A stretch of DNA of 51,000 nucleotides, taken from the NCBI GenBank assembly GCA_965649825.1, contig OZ287701.1, positions 1 through 51,000 of the forward strand, read 5' to 3'. The translations under genes and the position numbers were made by a program. Shown here in pieces: positions 46,621 through 51,000 of the stretch. Numbering within the stretch: the first letter of the stretch is position 1; each line of letters begins with the position of its first letter. The notes beneath the pieces were generated by a model that was given only the letters and a program-made list of their open reading frames with translations, did not search any database and was not told the DNA's origin. The DNA is from Penicillus capitatus (taxonomy: Eukaryota; Plantae; Chlorophyta).

Positions 46621-47014
46621 ATGGGATTAGTCGAAGACTTTGAAAAAGCGGCAGAAGAGGCGACGACGCTCTTGCCGGCAACGCTCTCGCAAGAAATCCA
46701 ATTGATCTTGTACTCCTTGTTTAAACAATCCAAATTTGGCGACAACGATACGCGTAAGGGTTCCTTTTCTACAGCAATGGACAACACGATCTTTCTGCCT
46801 GCGAGCAGCCAAGCCCGGTTTCTTAGACTTTAAAGCAAAAGCGAAATGGGAGGCGTGGAATGGACAGAAAGGCAAATCTAAGGAAGAGGCCATGCAGGAA
46901 TACATCAAGTTTGCACTTTTCCTTGTGCTTTCGCTTTACCCCCCTGCGTGGTTGTGCAGCAAAGTGGAGGAACTCAAACTAGAGCACTGTCCAGCCCCTG
47001 CTCCGGCAACATGA
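46621..47014 (+). CDS. ACBP: Acyl-CoA-binding protein (3 exons)
   Basis: [13 protein letters not shown]…[17 protein letters not shown]|…[32 protein letters not shown]|…KVEELK…*. Confidence 0.95.
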
Positions 47015-47018
47015 GGCA

Positions 47019-47832
47019 TCAGGCATCTCTCTTTGCATACAATCCTTTTGAAAGGATGTAGTCTCGAACGCGGATGGGCACGAACGCTGTAATGTCTCTG
47101 CCTTCTTGCACACGACTCCGCACGAGGCTCGAACTCACGTTGCATTGCTCGAGTTTCCGAACGATGTGAATCTGATCCTTCTCGGCAGCGAAGGGCGAGG
47201 TCATGTCTGAGAACAGTCCTTCGACGTCCACATCGCCACGGTCGATACAGATCACGCCGTAGCGGCGTAGAAGTTCCCGAACTTGATCGACGATCCAGAC
47301 GCCAGGTGTGTGAAACGACTTGACTAAATCTGCCCCCGAGAGCAACATGACATCGATCGACGCTCCTAGAGCTTCCTCGAAATGCTGCAGGACTAACAAC
47401 GTCCGCAGACACTCTGACTGTCTTGCTTCCCAGTCATCGACCATGATCCCGTCCATCTCCTGCGCCGCCAACCGACACATCTCGATCCTGTCCATGATGC
47501 TGTTCCGTGGGGTGGAGGATGGGTCAGGGATACCGATGCTGTGCAGGGATCAGCGTCGATTTCTTGTATCGATCGTTCACCGGTGACATATAGCCTCCAA
47601 TATAGTTCCACTTCTTCTGCGATCAGTCACCACATCGTGTTGCGACGGAGATGGCAAAGGGATGCTGTCCAACGTGATGCGCGTGCGTTCGTGCAGCGCG
47701 GAACATTTCGAGATGTGCCAGCGTTGGCGGATTGAAGCTCCCGCAGGCCACGACGACGACGTTACGGATCCCTTTTTCAACACGCTGTAGGGCAAGTTTG
47801 TCTCGAGGAAAGACGTAACCCATCCCTTCCAT
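47019..47832 (-). CDS. NMNAT: Nicotinamide/nicotinate mononucleotide adenylyltransferase
   Basis: GSFNPPTLAHLEMF, GYMSPVND, DRIEMCRLA, VDDWEARQ, MLLSGADLVKSFHTPGVW, NVSSSLVR…VRDYI…LY. Confidence 0.93.
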
Positions 47833-47881
47833 TTCAACAACGCCTCGCTCGGGGAGACACTTCAAAGGACGGGTGGACGGA

Positions 47882-49085
47882 CTACAAATGATAGTCCAAG
47901 TTAAATGTCGACATCAAGAAGTCATAGGTCGTGAAGCCAATGGCCGTCGACGGTATCACCTTGATGTAGTTGATGCTCATGCCTCTAAACAAAGCTCTAT
48001 ATCCTCCATGTTTGAAGAGTTTCTGCATGGCATCCCATGTTGAATGGTATAGCCTTTGCGGCGACTTTGTGTGATGGGGATCGAATCCAGATGAGTAGTC
48101 CGGGACCTGCATGCGTCTCCGGACAACGTCGAGGGGATAGGATACCGTTTGGCCCAACAATCCAGCAATGCCTCCAAATGCGAGCATGACCGGAATTGGG
48201 AGGCGATCTGCTTTCGGATGCCATCTCCTCGTGTAGAGATCCTTGAGCGATTGGTACACATAGAACTTCACGCCAGCATAGGGGACGATGCCTAGGAGAG
48301 TTGGCCCCATTCCGCGATAGATGGCTGAGAAACCGTGTTCCTGAATCAGACGCCATAACACGCGACGAATCGTCAAACGTGTCTTCCATGTCCAAGCATG
48401 ACCATCCACCTAACCACACGTCTATCCCTCGAGATCAAGATGCACGAGAAGGCACTTGCCTCTGAGAGACAGGCCAGTCGAGTGCGAGCGACGTCGAGTG
48501 GATACGTCACGAGAACGGCCGTTGCTCCGGCAGCACTGCCAGCAACGAAATGGACGTTTAGCAAACGCACCCAGCTATGTACGCTCTCTGTCAAACACCT
48601 CTCTCGCACGCATTGAATGCCAAAGTGCGACGCAATGTACCAATGGCTTCGTGGAGCGCCGCATTCCGCGTCAGTTCCCGGCGATAGATCTCGTAGGCGT
48701 GGAAATGAATGGCGGAGTAAGGAATGATGCGTGCCACACTGGCACCATTTCCTCTACATATCTCACTCAAACGATCCGAACATGTGTGATCTCACTTGAA
48801 GAGACCCAGCAAGCCTTCCTCACGTGCGAGCTTCTTGAGCATCTCCCACACACGGATCTGTTTCATGGCACCTGTCTAACAAACGATCCGCGCGTCCTGT
48901 CGCTGTCGTCACCCTGCACTTGATAGAGGATCTTCACACGCTCAAGGGGTGCCACGGAGCTCTTGCCGACCATTCCCGCAATGCCGCCGGCCATGAGCTC
49001 CTGTCATCGAAGCTCGAATGGAGAGACATGCAGGGGTGCTGCGAACTTTGACGAAAACAGGAAGGTCATCCAGATGCGACGACAT
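47882..49085 (-). CDS. Mitochondrial carrier, CoA transporter / Graves disease carrier (SLC25A16/COAC1)-like
   Basis: [13 protein letters not shown]|[27 protein letters not shown]; [27 protein letters not shown]; [12 protein letters not shown]; [15 protein letters not shown]. Confidence 0.9.
48410..48459 (-). other. GC-AG intron (50 nt) in the CoA carrier
   Basis: …TCA GAG|gcaagt…gtggttag|GTG GAT; phase 0 on both sides, and the donor matches the AG|GCAAGT consensus. Confidence 0.8.
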
Positions 49086-49111
49086 GAGACACAGCGTCGT
49101 ACATCCAGGCG

Positions 49112-50718
49112 ATGTTGCAGGTCGCAACGCGAGTTCGATTGTTCGGAAGAAGAGCGTCGATTCGACGTGGACGTGTCTCAGCTCGACGCGATGTCTCCGA
49201 AAATGACCTCGTGAAGCTGCTCGGAAGCCGAGAAGCGGTGGAAGAAGCAATGAAGGACGAGGAAGAAGATCCTGAAGAGGATAAAGTCGAAATCCTCGAG
49301 CACATTCCGCATCGACCGCTCTATCTAATGCCTCTGCCAGAGAAGGGCACGCGTAACGCCAGACTGTACAGAGAGAGTGAGATGTGTGTTTGCGCGTCAC
49401 TTGTGAGATGGTTTTGATATCCAGCCGACATCCTGCGACGCAAAACGGATCCGGCAATGAAGAATGGACACCAGTTTTCGACGCGATCGCTGGAGGCATC
49501 GACGGAGAGCCCAAAGCCTGTCCCCTGGCATTCGGAAGTGGATTTGAGGCCGAAGGAGCCTATTGTAAACTTCCCTCCTCCGCGAGCTCCTTTCTCCGAA
49601 TCTCGCACATATCTTTGGCGACGACACGGGTAATGTCTTCTTCAAAAAAGAGTGAGATCTAATGATACCTATGCATCTATCTGTACAGCTACATTCCTGA
49701 AATTGGCGATATCTTTCCAGACAAGCAGATCGAAGTGACGGTCACCCTCACCAATGATGTCGATGCCTCAGAGGCGTGGGCCCAGGTCAGAGGTCCTTAT
49801 TCCCGAGCGAGGGTACTCAGTCGTCAGAAGTGTGTAGGCACGTCTGGAAGAGGGTCGTCAGATTTATGGACTGGAGACGAAGTGGTGGACATGGGAACGG
49901 GTGGGCCACTACTATTCAGATAGCTATCCAGGAACGTGGTCCGATCTGGCCCTGCTCCAACTGGCAACGGAACACGAAGTCTTACTCCTACAGCCGCTCG
50001 ATCTTCCCGTAGAAAAGATCGGACCTCGTCTTCGACAGTTGCTCAAGTATAAGTTCCTGAAAAAAGCTTCTTTCCAAATGGAAGCCAAGGCAACGGCCTT
50101 AAAGACGTGCGAAATCAAAGTCCACGGATGTCACGATTTCGCACATCTTCTCAAACTTCAGCTCGGTTGGTGCAGGGCGTCCATTCGCGCCAGCAATGCA
50201 TGATCATTGTTCACAGGTCTGGAGGATGTGGAGGATCTTCCGATCGATATGGACAATCAGGATTTGTCAAGTATGTCTAAGTATCTGCTTGGCCTCGATA
50301 TCAGCTCCAAAGAAATATGCAAAGCTCGGTGGGAGAGTACACACTTGGATAAACGATGGGTCAAATCAGAAACGACCTCCTAAGGTGTCACATCCCGAAG
50401 GGCTTCTGCATCATGTAGGTGGAATTGGCTGCGAGAGAAGCGTGGGCGTGTTGGGCGCTCTATGGAATGGTGACAAGAATGGAAGCGAGTCACGTCGAGC
50501 TATGGAATGCCTCTCTACCGGATCGTCTTCGTTCTTCGTCGCTTTTCGAGAAAGAGAGGAACAGAAAGAAACTTGTTAGGCAACATGGTAGTCATGTGCC
50601 GAACGCTGTCTCTGTCGACCAGCCGCCCAATTGGAAAGCACGTTTCTTAATGCATCAAACAAGAAACTCTATAATGCATGCTGTTCCTTTTGCAGCTAGC
50701 GAAGCAATCAGCTGTTGA
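49112..50718 (+). CDS. WRN/EXD2-like 3'-5' exonuclease-fold protein with organellar targeting peptide; catalytic residues degenerate
   Basis: Presequence MLQVATRVRLFGRRASIRRGRVSARR; exonuclease-like scaffold VTLTNDVDASEAW…YGLETKW…LALLQLATEHEVLLLQ…LRQLL…; LSSMSKYLLGLD…KARWESTHLDKRW|VELAAREAWACW. Confidence 0.7.
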
Positions 50719-50765
50719 GTTGGCATGTGATCTTGGCCTTGATTTAAGGAGAGGAAAATGAGATT

Positions 50766-51000
50766 TCAATGGCAATTGTTCTCCCTTTCAATTTTTCCGC
50801 CTGGATGCGATACATCGCAGGATGATTGCTTCGCGCCAAATTTCTCGCACATAACCAAGCTTCGCATTTCGCAATTCTGGAAATACTCATGTAGAACAGA
50901 ACGGCTTCCTGCTCCCAATTCAGAGCCAAACATAGAACAGAGATTCCTTAAGAATCCGCTATGGCTCACCACAACGATATCACTCTCTGGCCTGCCACAA
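50766..51000 (-). CDS. Histidine phosphatase / phosphoglycerate mutase-like protein, last exon (partial)
   Basis: cag|…RPESDIVVVSHSGFLRNL…YFQNCEMRSLV, the C-terminal SH..FL / F.NCE.RS motifs of plant PGM-like proteins. Confidence 0.75.
   Translation of the reverse strand, partial: CGRPESDIVVVSHSGFLRNLCSMFGSELGAGSRSVLHEYFQNCEMRSLVMCEKFGAKQSSCDVSHPGGKIERENNCH

Noticed and set aside
1-51000. CRISPR array, rRNA, snRNA, transposase/RT or viral insert, selenoprotein UGA
   Set aside because: No regularly spaced repeats, no recognisable rRNA or U1/U2/U6 sequence, no integrase/RT motifs and no in-frame TGA at a conserved Cys position were seen by eye; an Rfam/Infernal and repeat scan would be needed for formal exclusion.

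Overview
A very compact, gene-dense eukaryotic nuclear segment, most consistent with a green alga (chlorophyte). The taxon is inferred from plant-type aspartate kinase, a RINGLET-like DDT protein, a KCBP-type kinesin motor, PPR and OPR-like proteins and a CDK10-like kinase. It uses the standard genetic code with many short (about 38-72 nt) spliceosomal introns, so the ORF track fragments most genes; I rebuilt genes by hand from splice sites and phases. About 22 protein genes are recognisable, plus several orphan candidates and one tRNA-Asp(GTC). I saw no rRNA, CRISPR array or recognisable transposon. The main result is a 14-exon, phase-consistent gene (42562-46118, about 944 aa) that joins a TOM1/GGA-type VHS-GAT cargo-adaptor module to a coiled coil and a KCBP-like kinesin-14 motor. 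Other notable items: a PPR gene and an OPR-like gene only 63 nt apart (bicistron candidate), a CoA-carrier/NMNAT/ACBP cluster with 49-nt and 4-nt spacers, head-to-head ATGs 26 nt apart, tandem GT31 galactosyltransferases with a sharp gene-conversion-like tract, a PlsB/GNPAT-type acyltransferase, a catalytically degenerate organelle-targeted exonuclease-like protein, a secreted PAN/apple mini-protein, and three GC-AG introns. All family assignments come from recognising motifs by eye; no database search was run.
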